This document shows positions 44,673 through 56,673 of a stretch of 64,000 nucleotides of DNA, piece after piece. The DNA is from an uncultured Alphaproteobacteria bacterium (lineage in GTDB: Bacteria > Pseudomonadota > Alphaproteobacteria > Rhizobiales > Rhizobiaceae). The position numbers and the translations under genes are program-made. Every line of letters starts with the position of its first letter. Position 1 is the stretch's first letter. A model generated the notes under the pieces. It was not told the origin of the DNA and searched no databases. It was given only the letters and a program-made list of their open reading frames with translations. The stretch is from positions 51,815 to 115,814 of the forward strand of contig CAVQCL010000028.1 in NCBI GenBank assembly GCA_963710935.1, read 5' to 3'.

Positions 44673-47600
44673 ATGACCAAGCTCGACACGATCCGCAAAG
44701 AAATCCGCGCCAACTATCTGCCCGATGAAGACGAGGCGCTGAAGCGCCTCATCAAGCTGGCGAACCTCTCGGACAAGGATCGCAAGGCGATCTCCGACCG
44801 CGCAGCCGGCCTGGTGCGGCAGGTGCGTGGTTCGTCCGACCCAGCGCCTGATGGAGGTTTTTCTCTCGGCCTACGGCCTGTCGACCAAGGAAGGTGTCGC
44901 GTTGATGTGTCTGGCTGAGGCGCTGCTGCGCGTGCCGGACGCCGAAACGATGGACGATCTGATCAAGGACAAGATCGCGCCGCATGACTGGTCGGCGCAT
45001 TCGGGCTCTTCGTCCTCGATCTTCGTCAATGCGTCGACCTGGGCGCTGATGCTGACCGGCCGCGTGCTGGACGAAGGCGAAGGCTCGATCGAGCGCACGC
45101 TGCGCGCCATGGTGCGGCGCCTGGGCGAGCCGGTGATCCGCACCGCCGTCGCGGCGGCGATGCGCGAAATGGGCGAGCAGTTCGTGCTTGGCCGCACGAT
45201 CGCCGAGGCGCTGAAGCGCGGCAAATCGATGCTGCAAAAAGGCTATCTCTATTCCTATGACATGCTGGGCGAGGCGGCGCGCACCGAAGCCGATGCGCTG
45301 CGCTATCTGAAAGCCTATGCCGACGCCATCCAGTCGCTCAAGGCGAATTCCAAGGGCGACGACATCCGCAGGAACCCCGGCATCTCGGTCAAGCTGTCGG
45401 CGATCCATCCGCGCTACGAGGTTTCGCAGAAGGAGACGATGCTGCCGGTGATGGCCGAGCGGCTGCTGTCGCTGGCGCTGGCCGCCAAGGATGCCCGCAT
45501 GGGTCTCAACGTCGACGCGGAAGAGGCCGACCGGCTGGATCTTTCGCTGGACGTCATCGAACGCGTGCTATCCGACAAGCGTCTCGCCGGCTGGGATGGT
45601 TTTGGCGTGGTCGTGCAGGCCTATGGCCCGCGCTGCGCCTTCGCCATCGACTGGCTGCATGCGCTTGCCGAAAAGCTCGATCGCAAGATCATGGTGCGCC
45701 TGGTCAAGGGCGCTTATTGGGACACCGAGATCAAGCGCGCGCAGGCACTTGGCCTGCCCGGCTATCCGGTGTTCACCCGCAAGGCCAACACCGACGTGTC
45801 CTATATGGCCTGCGCGCGGAAGCTGCTCGGCTACCGCGACCGCATCTATCCCCAGTTCGCCACGCATAACGCGCACACCGTCGCGGCAATACTGCAAATG
45901 GCCGGCGACCGTGACAGTTTTGAGTTCCAGCGCCTGCACGGCATGGGCGAGCAACTGCATGAAGAGGTGCGCAAGACCGAGGGCACTCGCACCCGCATCT
46001 ATGCGCCTGTCGGCGCGCATTCCGACCTGCTGGCCTATCTGGTTCGCCGCCTGCTGGAAAACGGCGCCAACTCGTCCTTCGTGCATCAGTTGACCGACGA
46101 GGATGTCGCGCCGGAAGAAATCGCGCGCGATCCGCTGGAAACGGCTGTCGCGCAAGGTCCTGCCGCCAACCCGGCGATTTCGACGCCGGCAGCCATTTTC
46201 GGCATCGGCCGCAAGAATGCCAAGGGCTGGGACATCACCGACGCGAATACGCTGGTTGGGATCGACAAAGCCAAGGCTGGTTTCTCCAAGGCGCAGCAAT
46301 GGTCTGCGAAACCGGTCAGCCGCGCCGCCGGCTACGGCAATGCGAAGGACATCACCAATCCCGCCAAGCCCGACGATATCGTCGGCAAGGTGACGGAGGC
46401 TAACGGCCAAGCAGGTCGCAACCGCGGTGAAGGCTGCGGTCGAAGCGCAGCCCGCCTGGGCGAAGACGCCGGTGGCCAAGCGCGCGGCAATCCTGATGAA
46501 GGCTGCCGATCTTTATGAAGACAACGCGGTCGAATTCTTCGCCCTGGCGACGCGCGAAGCCGGCAAGACACTGGCCGACGGCGTGGCGGAAGTGCGCGAG
46601 GCGGTCGACTTCCTGCGCTACTACGCCACTGAGGCAGAAAAGGCCGAAGCCGGCACCGAAGCGCGTGGCGTCATCGCCTGCATCTCGCCGTGGAACTTTC
46701 CGCTGGCGATTTTTACCGGCCAGGTCGCGGCTGCGCTCGTCACTGGCAATGCGGTGGTGGCCAAGCCGGCTGAACAAACGCCGCTGATTGCCGCGCGCGC
46801 TGTCGAATTGTTGCGCAAGGCAGGCGTGCCGGAGGATGTCATCCAGTTGCTGCCCGGCGACGGCCCGTCGGTCGGCGCGCCGCTGACAGCCGATCCGCGC
46901 ATTGCCGGCGTCTGCTTCACCGGCTCGACCGACGTGGCAAAGCTGATCGAAAAGCAGCTAGCCAAGACGGCGGCCGCCGACGCCATGCTGATCGCCGAAA
47001 CGGGCGGTCTCAACGCCATGATTGTCGATTCCACTGCTCTGCCGGAGCAGGCGGTGCGCGACATCCTGGCGTCGTCTTTCCAGAGCGCGGGCCAGCGCTG
47101 CTCCGCGCTGCGCATCCTCTACGTCCAGAAGGATGTCGAGAAAAAAGTGATCGAGATGCTGGAAGGCGCCATGAATGCGCTGAAGGTCGGCGATCCGTGG
47201 GAGCTGTCGACCGATGTCGGCCCGGTCATCGACGTGGACGCCCAAAAGTCGATCAAGGCCTACTGCGCCGATCTGGAAAAGGCGGGCAAGTTGATCGCCA
47301 AGCTCGATGCGCCGAAGGATGGCCGCTTCGTCGCTCCGCATGTTTTCCGTGTCAAAGGCATCGAGGAGATGGACCGCGAGATCTTTGGGCCGGTGCTGCA
47401 TGTCGCGACCTTCAAGGCCAATGACCTCGACAAGGTGATTTCGTCAATCAACCGAAAGGGTTACGGCCTGACCTTCGGCTTGCATACGCGCATCGAGGGG
47501 CGGGTGCAGCATTTGGTCGATGCCATTCATGCCGGCAACGTCTATGTCAACCGCAACCAGATCGGCGCTATCGTCGGTTCGCAGCCCTTCGGCGGCGAGG

Positions 47601-48295
47601 GGCTGTCGGGCACCGGTCCGAAAGCCGGCGGGCCGCACTATCTGCGGCGGTTTCGCAAGGCGGTTGGCGGCGTTCAAGCAGTCTATTGGCGCAAGTGGAT
47701 CGACCATCGCCGAAAAGGCGCTGAAAGATCATATCCCGGATGCCACACTGGGCGACTGGTCAACGCGGCCGGACCGCATCGCCATCCTGCGCAAGCATTT
47801 GCGCGGCAAGGCGTCTGCCGCCGTGAATGCCGCGGCAGGCATCGATTTCGGCGCGGTCGATCTGCCCGGCCCGACCGGCGAGGCGAATACATTGACGCTT
47901 GCATCCACGCGGCGTCGCGCTCTGCCTTGGGCCGGATGCGCGAAACACTGCTTTCGCAGGCCGTTCAGGCACTGGCAGCCGGCTGCGCCGTGCTGGCCGT
48001 TGCGCCCGGCGCGTCGTCCGCGCTCAACGCCCTGACCGGCAAGGGTCTCCCGATTGCCGCGCTGGATGGCGTGGTCGATCCGGCCCATCTCGCAAAGCTG
48101 CCGGTCGATGTTGTCGCGTTCGCCGGCGACGAGGGAGCGATGCGCGCCATTCGCCAGGCGCTGGCCGGGCGTGCAGGGCCGATCGTGCCGCTGGTCACCG
48201 AAGCCATCTATCCGGTTGCCTATGCGCATGAGCGCGCCGTGTGCGTCGACACGACTGCGGCCGGCGGCAATGCGAGCCTGCTGGCGGCGGCCTGA
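44673..48295 (+). CDS. putA: Bifunctional proline dehydrogenase / L-glutamate gamma-semialdehyde (P5C) dehydrogenase PutA; at least 3 frameshifts
   Basis: ~1200 aa. The PRODH barrel carries the ...VKGAYWDTEIKRAQ..., ...YPVFTRK... and ...ATHNAHT... blocks. The ALDH domain carries ISPWNFPLAIF, FTGSTDV and IAETGGLNAMIVDSTALPEQ (catalytic Cys in ...QSAGQRCSALR). Confidence 0.9.
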
Positions 48296-48298
48296 CCG

Positions 48299-48635
48299 TT
48301 AGATCACGCCAGCGCCCAGTTCGGCACGCCAATGCGCGAGGCGATCTTTCAGGGTCGCATCGCGCACATAGTCCGAGGCGTCCTCGTCGATCGATTCGAG
48401 TTGCTTGAACGAAAAACTGTCCGCTCCGTGCGCATTCCAGGCCGCTTGCATCGCCGGATGCACGTTGGCGTCGGTGCGCAGGCCAAACCACAGCCGCGTC
48501 TGGATTTTTTCCAGATCGAGCGATGCGGCCAACCCAGACCTCATCATTGCCGGAGCAGCGCACGGCATAAATGCCGGCCGGCGCCTTGCGCTTCTTGTAC
48601 TCCGCGACCGCAGCCTTTTTGTCGATGCTGTTCAT
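48299..48635 (-). CDS. GIY-YIG nuclease family protein (small standalone); one frameshift
   Basis: MNSIDKKAAVAEYKKRKAPAGIYAVRCSGNDEVWVG... (GIY...YVG motif), then ...TRLWFGLRTDANVHPAMQAAWNAHGADSFSFKQLESIDED.... Confidence 0.6.
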
Positions 48636-48710
48636 CTTTTTTACCCGGGTGATATTGTATTGCGCATTTAATCCGGGTAAAAATAGATTGCAAGACCAGG
48701 AAGCTGCCGC

Positions 48711-49305
48711 ATGAACGATTTTTCTCTGACACCCAGCACAGCCTTCGAGGGCGATCGAATGCTTGCGCGGGGAGCGCTCGGCGGATGTCGCGCTGATGGT
48801 GAAGGCGGCGCAGGATGAGCGGCCGAACGGCGATCTTTCTCACCTTTGACGATGCAACCGGCAAGGTGATCGACCTCGACCTGCGCGGCAGCGAAGACGA
48901 CATTCGCCAACGATTGCGGGAGCGTGGTGAAGTCGCCAACAGCACTGCTCCGATCGGGCCGAAACCTGCCGGCCGCGGCCGTCCGAAGCTTGGTGTCGTT
49001 GCGCGCGAAGTCACGCTCTTGCCGCGGCAATGGGAGTGGCTGGCGGCGCAGCCGGCGGCGCCTCGCAGACCCTGCGGCGGCTGGTGGACCAGGCCAGGAG
49101 CGCAGGCGATGGCAAGGCGCAAGCGCGGGCAGCGCAGGAGGCCTGCTACCACTTCATGTCGGCGATGGCCGGCAATTATCCGCATTTCGAGGAAGCTGCT
49201 CGGGCGCTATTTGCCAACGATTTTGGGCGCTTGACGCAGCTTGTCGATGACTGGCCGCGGGATGTCCGCGATTATGCGTTGCGCCTGGCACACGCGCCTG
49301 GGTAG
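48711..49305 (+). CDS. DUF2239 family protein; frameshifted
   Basis: ...LTPSTAFEGDRMLA...FLTFDDATGKVIDLDLRGSEDDIRQRL...GRGRPKLGVVAREVTLLPRQWEWLAAQP...TLRRLVDQAR... matches DUF2239 proteins of Rhizobiales. Confidence 0.6.
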
Positions 49306-49460
49306 TGGACAAGTCGGCATCCAAGCGCCAATCGAGCACATTGGCTGTAAAATCCGCTCGTTTCCGACTGCATTATTTGCGATAGGCCTTTGTCGGGCGG
49401 TTTTGATGTGATTCAAGCATCAGCTACGATTGGGGTCTTCGGAAAAGCGGCAAGGAAGGC

Positions 49461-52048
49461 ATGGCGAAGGATTCTCCTGGCGATTTCTATCCGTCGCCCC
49501 TTGTGGATCAGAATAGTCGGCCAGGCGCGGTGACGCGTCTCGTCGTCTTTATCGTCGTGCTCGCTATCTCTGCGGTCATCTTCTCGCTCTTCCGCAACAG
49601 GGTTGGCGATCCGATGCTGCTCGGCCTGCTGGGCATCCTGGCGATGATCGGTGTGGGCTATCTGTTCGCGACCGCCATCGGCTTCATCCAGGTCGTCCCG
49701 CGTTCGACGACCGACGATCTGGCGAAGTCCTTCGTCGATTCGATGGGCCAAGGTGTCCTTGTCGCCGATCCCAAGGGCCGCGTGATCTACGCCAACCGCG
49801 CCTATGCGGAGATGACCGGCGCAAGCACCGCCAGCGATGTGAAGACCATCGAGAACCTTCTGTCGGATGTGCCGGAAGCCTCGCCAGTGGTTCTGAAACT
49901 CGCCAGCGGTCTGAAAGACGGAAAAGCCGGGGAAGGCGAATTTCGCCTGGCCCAGGCGATCCGGCCCGGCTCCGATCCGGGTGCGCGCTGGTATTCGTTG
50001 CGGGCGCGCACCTTCCAGGCGCCGTCGCAAAAGCAGCCGTTGAGTGCCTGGCAGGTTGCCGACATTTCGCGCGAACGCGCCGAACAGGAGCGCTTCTTCC
50101 TCGACCTGCAAAAGGCGATCGACCATCTCGACCAGGCGCCGGCGGGCTTTTTTGCCGCCGATCCGGACGGCCGCGTGACCTATATCAACGCAACGTTGGC
50201 GGGGTGGCTGGGCATCGATCTGGCAAGCTTCTCGCCAGGCTCGACGACACTGCGCCAGATCATCGCCGGCGACGGCATTGCGCTGGTCAACTCCGTCAAG
50301 GCCGATGCCGGCACGACCCGCAACGCCGTGATCGATCTCGATCTGCATACGACCAAGGGCGAGGCGCTGCCCGTGCGATTCATGCATCGGGTTTCGGCTA
50401 CCCGCGAAGGCTATAGCGGACCCAGCCGTACGATCGTGCTCAACCGCACGAAGGGCGAAGATTCCTCCGCCGACTTACGCGCCGCCGAAGTACGCTTCAC
50501 GCGCTTCTTCAATTCGACGCCGATGGCCATCGCCGGCATCGACGCCAAGGGTCGGATCGTGCGCACGAATGCGCCGTTCCTGTCGCTGTTCGAAACGGTC
50601 GTCGATCGCGACGCGGTCGAGCGCAGGGTGCGCTTCGAGCAGGTGATCCACGAGCGCGACCGTGCAGCATTCAACGCCGCCGTGGATCGGGCTCGCCAGC
50701 GTCAGGCTGACATTTCGCCGATCGATACCGTGTTGCCCGGAAACGACGACCGGCACATCCGCGTCTACGTCAATGCGGTGGCCGATAGCGCTGACGATGA
50801 GAGCGCCGACGAGGCGGCGATCGTCTACGCGGTCGACGTGACGGAGCAGAAGGCGCTCGAAGGCCAGATGGCGCAGAGCCAGAAGATGCAGGCTGTCGGT
50901 CAGCTCGCCGGCGGCATCGCGCACGACTTCAACAATGTGCTCACCGTCATCATCATGGCGACGGACCTCCTGTTGGCAAACCACCGCCCGTCGGACCCGT
51001 CCTTCCAGGACATCATGACGATCAAGCAGAACGCCAACCGCGCCGCGTCGCTGGTTCGGCAATTGCTCGCCTATTCGCGCAAGCAGACGCTGCGCGCCGA
51101 GGTGCAGAGCCTGACCGATGTGCTGGCCGATCTGCGCATGCTTCTGACGCGTCTCGTCGGCACCAACGTCAAGCTGAAGATCGACCACGGACGCGATCTC
51201 TGGCCAGTGAAGATCGATATCGGCCAGTTCGAACAGGTGATCGTCAACCTCGCGGTCAATGCGCGCGATGCCATGCCGCAAGGCGGCGACCTGACGTTGC
51301 GCACCAAGAACGTGTCGGCCAGCGACTGTGCGGCTTACGGCTATCGCGAACTCTCAGCAGCCGACTACGTGCTGGCAGAGATCGAAGATACCGGCTCGGG
51401 CATTCCCCCGGAGGTGTTGACCAAGATCTTCGAGCCGTTCTTCACGACGAAGGAGGTTGGCAAGGGCACCGGCCTTGGACTTTCGATGGCCTACGGCATC
51501 ATCAAGCAGACCGGTGGTTTTATCTTCTGCCGATTCCGAAGTGGGCAAAGGCACGACCTTCCGCATCTTCCTGCCGCGCCATGTGCCTGGGGCCGCGGAG
51601 GCGACAAAGCCGGCGCTGCAAACGGCGCGGCGGCCGCGGCTCCGCGTGCGCGCCAAGGAAACGCGCGACCTGACAGGCTCCGCAACGGTGTTGCTGGTCG
51701 AGGATGAGGACGGCGTGCGCATGAGCGGCAAGCGCGTGCTGACCTCGCGCGGCTACACGGTTCACGACGCGGCGTCCGGCGTCGAGGCTCTGGAGATTTT
51801 CAAGCAGCTCGACGGCAAGGTCGATGTCGTCGTCTCCGACGTCGTGATGCCGGAAATGGACGGCCCGACGCTGCTTGCGCGAACTGCGCAAGCTCCAGCC
51901 GGACATCAAGTTCATCTTCGTTTCCGGCTATGCCGAAGACGCCTTCGCCAAAAACCTGCCGGAAGACGCGAAATTCGACTTCCTGCCAAAACCCTTCTCG
52001 CTGAAGCAACTGGCGACGGTGGTGAAGGACATGCTGGAATCGGCGTAG
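49461..52048 (+). CDS. cckA: Hybrid sensor histidine kinase/response regulator CckA (TM + PAS x2 + HisKA + HATPase_c + REC); 2 frameshifts near 51530 and 51880
   Basis: Two N-terminal TM helices and PAS domains. H-box [26 protein letters not shown]; N/G boxes ...[10 protein letters not shown]... ...[10 protein letters not shown]..., [15 protein letters not shown]; receiver ...[11 protein letters not shown]...[18 protein letters not shown]...PKPFSLKQL. Domain order matches alphaproteobacterial CckA. Confidence 0.8.
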
Positions 52049-52059
52049 GGGCGTAGGCG

Positions 52060-52773
52060 ATGACCGCGATCACCACGATCGGCTTCGATGCCGACGATAC
52101 GCTGTGGCAGAACGAGCATTTCTTCCGGCTTACGCAGGAACGTTTTGCGTCGCTTCTGGCCGATCACGCCGATCCCGCGATGCTGGGTCAGCGGTTGCTG
52201 GACGCGGAACGGCGCAACCTCGAGCTCTACGGCTTCGGCATCAAGGGTTTCGTGCTGTCGATGATCGAAACGGCGATCGAGGTGACCGAGGGACGCGTGC
52301 CCGGCAGCGTGATTGCTCAGATACTGGAGGCAGGCCGCGAGATGCTGGCGCATCCGGTCGATCTTTTGCCCGGACGCGGCGAAACGCTGGAGGCGCTGAC
52401 GGGTCGCTACCGCCTCGTTCTGATTACCAAGGGCGACCTGTTCGACCAGGAGCGCAAGATCGCCGCGTCGGGATTGGCGGAGTTGTTCGACGGCATCGAG
52501 ATCGTCAGCGACAAGTCGCCGTCCAGCTATGAACGCATCTTTGATCGGCATGGTGACGGAGCGGCGCGCGCCATGATGGTCGGCAACTCGCTCAAATCCG
52601 ATGTGGTGCCTGCATTGGAGGCGGGTGCATGGGGCGTCTTCGTGCCGCACGACCTGACCTGGGAACTGGAACATGCCGAAGAACCGGTCAAGTCATTCTC
52701 GCTATCGCAGCGTCAGTTCACTTGGCGAAATACCGGCGTTGCTAGACTCACTGCAGTTCGATTAGATTGTTAA
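52060..52773 (+). CDS. HAD-family hydrolase
   Basis: ...ITTIGFDADDTLWQNEHFF... (DxDxT motif I), ...LVLITKGD... (motif II), ...MVGNSLKSDV (motif IV). Confidence 0.7.
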   Translation: MTAITTIGFDADDTLWQNEHFFRLTQERFASLLADHADPAMLGQRLLDAERRNLELYGFGIKGFVLSMIETAIEVTEGRVPGSVIAQILEAGREMLAHPVDLLPGRGETLEALTGRYRLVLITKGDLFDQERKIAASGLAELFDGIEIVSDKSPSSYERIFDRHGDGAARAMMVGNSLKSDVVPALEAGAWGVFVPHDLTWELEHAEEPVKSFSLSQRQFTWRNTGVARLTAVRLDC

Positions 52774-53035
52774 CCATACTGGGGTTCTAGTGTGCCCGTG
52801 GGCAAACCGGGTGCTTGGAAATGGGCGGGGTAATCGAAATGCACCGTGTGGTCGAAGATCACGCGAAGAAGCGGTTGACTGATCCGGTCGACATCGCGAA
52901 GGCGATTCTAGCCATGTCCGCAAAGGGCGTGCCGGCGGAGCGGCTTTTGCCGAACTGATGAAGATCTTCTACATCGATCTCGACCAGTACAACGCCGTCA
53001 TTCATGGCAGGGCTGCCAACGATCGCGATAAGAGG

Positions 53036-53347
53036 TCAGGCAGCTTCGCGGCTTAGCGCCTCAATCTCGCACATGGTCGGCCGATGGCCGCGCAGATAAA
53101 GCGCGCAGGTTGTGCGCAGCATCGACGCAAAATTTGGGATCGCGCCATTGATCTCAAGCGCCTCGTCATAAAGCTTTGAGATGAATTTCGGCGTCGTCAG
53201 GCTCTGGCCCGCGGCGATCTCGTCCAGCAGCTCCCAGAACGTCGCTTCGAGCTGGATGCTGGTCGAATGTCCGCCGATGCGGATCGAGCGGTTGATCTGG
53301 CGATAGCCTTCCGGATCCTGGCCGGCAAAAACCCTGCACATCGAAAA
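53036..53347 (-). CDS. Ribbon-helix-helix domain-containing protein (family often mis-annotated as aryl-sulfate sulfotransferase)
   Basis: MCRVFAGQDPEGYRQINRSIRIGGHSTSIQLEATFWELLDEIAAGQSLTTPKFISKLYDEAL... The conserved RSIRLGGHSTSI block defines this small alphaproteobacterial family. Confidence 0.55.
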   Translation of the reverse strand, partial: FSMCRVFAGQDPEGYRQINRSIRIGGHSTSIQLEATFWELLDEIAAGQSLTTPKFISKLYDEALEINGAIPNFASMLRTTCALYLRGHRPTMCEIEALSREAA

Positions 53348-53601
53348 TCCTCCCGATCTTCTTGTTGGCCGTCGGTCGCGGCATTCTGCAGTTTTGGCAA
53401 GTTTTGACCCTAAAGCCGCGTCCCGCAATCGGACTTTCGGTCGACGCTTGCCGGTGCTGAGCAATGATCGCTGCAGCGATCAGCGCAGTAACGCCGCTTT
53501 TCCGGGCGTGGTAACGGGCTGCCACCACTCATTGCGCGGCCGGCGCATAATCGCCTCCGAGCATGAAATCCGGAGGCTGATTGGCGAAGGCGATCCACTC
53601 C

Positions 53602-53977
53602 ATGATCCGCGTGCTCGACGAGGCGCGCTCGGTCGATTTCTACAAGAGCTTTCGGCCTCGAGGTCGCCGACCGGCTCGATTTCGAGACCTTCACGCTGGT
53701 CTATCTGCGCAACGCCGAGGCCGATTTCGAGGTCGAGCTGACCGTCAACAAGGGCCGCACCGAGCCCTACGCGCTGGGCGACGGCTACGGCCATATCGCC
53801 TTCTCGCGTCGACGACCTCGACGCCGAGCATGACCGCTTCGAGCGCGCCGGCCTCAAGCCCGAAGAAGATCAACGAATTCAACCGCGATGGCGGCGCTGA
53901 TGGCGCGGTTCTTCTTCGTCGAGGATCCCGACGGCTACAAGATCGAGGTTCTGCAGAAGCACGGCCGCTACAGATAG
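53602..53977 (+). CDS. VOC-family protein (glyoxalase I-like); frameshifted
   Basis: MIRVLDEARSVDFYKS...GLEVADRLDFETFTLVYL... ...GDGYGHIAF...VDDLDAEHDRFERAGL... ...FFVEDPDGYKIEVLQKHGRY. Confidence 0.65.
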
Positions 53978-54062
53978 CGGGTTGGCCGCGGCGAGGAGGC
54001 CGCGACCGTACCAGCCAACAGGCGCGCCTCAGGGCGCCAACAGCAAGCAAGGGAGGAACAAA

Positions 54063-54595
54063 ATGGTCACGATCTACGACGCGAACCGGGCTCTCGCGCC
54101 GCGAGCTTCTGAAGCGCGGCCGGCGCCGGCGCGCTGCTGGTCATCGCGGCTCAGCGCGTGCTCATCAGCCACCGAGGCCTGGGGCCTCGAGAGCACGGCG
54201 CTCAAGCCGGAAACCATGGCGACGCTGATCCAGATGGCGCGCGACATCTATCCGCACGACCGGGTGCCGACAAATACTACGCCGTCGCGGTCAAGGGCCA
54301 TGACGAGAAGGCCGGCAAGGACCCGCAAGCTCAAGGACTGATCGAGGACGGCATCGCCGAGCTCGACACAGAAGTCCGGCGACGGCGGCTATACGCGGCC
54401 TCGGCTGGGAGGACGAGCGCGTCGACGCTGCTGCAGCAGATCGAGGCGACGCCGTTCTTCCAGACGGTCCGCGGCGGCCTCGTCGTCGGCCTCTACAACC
54501 AGAAGGAGGTCTGGCCGATCTTCGGCTACGAGGGCGAGTCCTCCGCCAAGGGCGGCTACATCGACCGCGGCTTCAACGACATCGAGTGGCTCTGA
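54063..54595 (+). CDS. Gluconate 2-dehydrogenase subunit 3 family protein (Tat-exported small subunit of a GMC dehydrogenase complex); frameshifted in signal region
   Basis: Tat motif SRRELLKRGAGAGALLV is recoverable in the adjacent frame. Mature region ...MATLIQMARDIYPHDRVPDKYYAVAVKGHDEKA... ...FFQTVRGGLVVGLYNQKEVWPIFGYEGES... matches PF13618. Confidence 0.7.
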
Positions 54596-54651
54596 GCCGC
54601 CGACCGCCGGTCCGACAGTCTCGCCAATCACTGACTGGCAGGGAGGAAACC

Positions 54652-56232
54652 ATGGCAGCACCATATGATCTGAACGACGACAGCGTGGTCGTCATCATCG
54701 GCTCCGGCGCCGGCGGCGGCACGCTCGGCAACGAACTGGCGCAGAAAGGCATCGAGGTCGTCATCCTCGAGGCCGGCGGCCGCGCATCGAAGATCGAGGA
54801 TTTCGTCAACGACGAGTGGGCTAGTTTCAGCCAGCTCGCCTGGCTCGACAAGCGCACCACCTCGGGCACCTGGCGCGTGTGCCAAGGATTTCCCGAACCT
54901 GCCGGCCTGGATCGTCAAGGCGGTCGGCGGCTCGACCACGCACTGGGCCGGCGCCTCGCTGCGCTTCCAGGAGCACGAGTTCAAGGCGAAGACCGAACTA
55001 TGGCGACGTCGCCGGCGCGAACCTGCTCGACTGGCCGATGACGCTCGCCGAGCTGGAGCCCTAGTACGCCAAGGCCGAGGACAAGATGGGCGTGACCCGC
55101 ACCAACGGCATCCCCGGCCTGCCCGGCAACAACAACTTCAAGGTGCTGAAGGCCGGCGCCAAGAAGCTCGGCTACAAGGAATGCCACACCGGCCGCATGG
55201 CGATCAATTCCGGCCGACCGCGACGGCCGCATGGCCTGCCAGCAGATCGGCTTCTGCTTCCAGGGCTGCAAGTCGGGCGCCAAATGGTCGACGCTCTACA
55301 CCGAGATCCCGAAGGGCGAGGCGACCGGCAAGCTCGAGGTGCGGCCGCAATCGCCAGGTGCTGAAGATCGAGCACGACGACAGCGGCAAGGTGACCGGCG
55401 TCGTCTATGCCGACAAGGACGGCAAGCATGCAGCGCCAGAAGGCGCGCGTCGTCTGCGTCGCCGGCAACTCGATCGAGAGCCCGCGGCTGCTGCTGAACT
55501 CGGCCTCGACCAAGTTCCCGGACGGGCTCGCCAATTCCTCCGGCCAGGTCGGCCGGAACTACATGCGGCACATGACCGGCTCGGTCTACGCGATCTTCGA
55601 CAAGCCGGTGCACATGTATCGCGGCACGACCATGGCCGGCATCATCCAGGACGAGGCGCAAGCACGATCCGTCGCGCGGCTTCGTCGGCGGCTACGAGCT
55701 GGAGACGCTGTCGCTCGGCCTGCCGTTCATGGCGGCGTTCCTCGATCCCGGCGCCTGGGGCCGCGGCTTCACCTCCGCGCTGGACCACTACGACCACATG
55801 GCCGGCATGTGGATCGTCGGCGAGGACATGCCGCAGGAGAAGAACCGCATCACCCTGCACACGAGCTAGAAGGACAAGTACGGCCTGCCGGTCCCGAACG
55901 TGCATTTCGACGACCATCCCAACGACGTCGCCATGCGCAACCATGCCTACAAGCAGGGCATGGCGATCTACGACGCGGTCGGCGCGACGCGCACCTTCCC
56001 GACGCCGCCCTATCCCTCGACGCACAATCTCGGCACCAACCGGATGAGCGAGAAGGCGCGGACGGCGTGCGTCAACAAGCATGGCCAGACGCACGACATC
56101 AAGAACCTGTTCGTCTCCGACGGCAGCCAGTTCACCACCGGCGGCGCGGAGAACCCGACGCTGACCATCGTCGCGCTGGCGATCCGCCAGGCCGACTACA
56201 TCGCGCAGGAGATGGGTGCGAAGAATATTTGA
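54652..56232 (+). CDS. GMC-family FAD-dependent oxidoreductase (dehydrogenase flavoprotein large subunit); frameshifts plus an in-frame TAG at ~55867
   Basis: VVVIIGSGAGGGTLGNELAQKGIEVVILEAGG (FAD GxGxxG) ... CQQIGFCFQGCKSGAKWST ... C-terminal GMC_oxred_C block ...HDIKNLFVSDGSQFTTGGAENPTLTIVALAIRQADYI. Confidence 0.8.
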
Positions 56233-56337
56233 GTCAGGCGACAGGCCGCGCTGGCGCCGCGCGGCCTGTCGTAACGTTTGGTTAACCATACGGGAGCAGT
56301 CTGAGCACTCAGGGAGGATAACCTTGAGGAACATACG

Positions 56338-56670
56338 ATGTTCAGCTCAAGCCTCTCGACGCCCGGCCTGATCGCCCTAGGTGCGACTATTTTCCTGATA
56401 TCGTCCTGTGTGGCTGGGTCGGCGCATGATGCGCCGACTGGCTGGAAATATCCCTATGCCTGTTGTTCCGGCATCGACTGCCGGCCCGTTTCGAAGAAGC
56501 AGATCAGCGAACGGCCGGAAGGCTTTGTCATCAAGAACACTGGCGAGGTGATCGCTAGCAGCGACACGCGGCTGAGAGATTCGCCGGACGGCGAATATCA
56601 TTGGTGCTCGGTCGCCGGCGAGGAAACCTCGCGCACGATCTGCCTGTTCGTGCCGCCGCGCGGTTTCTGA
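56338..56670 (+). CDS. Conserved hypothetical exported protein, possible lipoprotein (lipobox-like LISSC), 4 Cys
   Basis: Intact 110 aa. Signal peptide MFSSSLSTPGLIALGATIFLISSC, then ...HDAPTGWKYPYACCSGIDCRPVSKKQISERPEGFVIKNTGEV...GEYHWCSVAGEETSRTICLFVPPRGF. No recognised domain. Confidence 0.5.
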   Translation: MFSSSLSTPGLIALGATIFLISSCVAGSAHDAPTGWKYPYACCSGIDCRPVSKKQISERPEGFVIKNTGEVIASSDTRLRDSPDGEYHWCSVAGEETSRTICLFVPPRGF

Positions 56671-56673
56671 TCG

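Noticed and set aside
52821-53347. RHH protein plus convergent small ORF (MHRVVEDHAKKRLTDPVDIAKAILAMSAKG...) as a toxin-antitoxin pair
   Set aside because: The genes are convergent, not co-transcribed. The RHH protein belongs to a widespread standalone alphaproteobacterial family (RSIRLGGHSTSI). No toxin fold (ParE/RelE/PIN) was recognisable.
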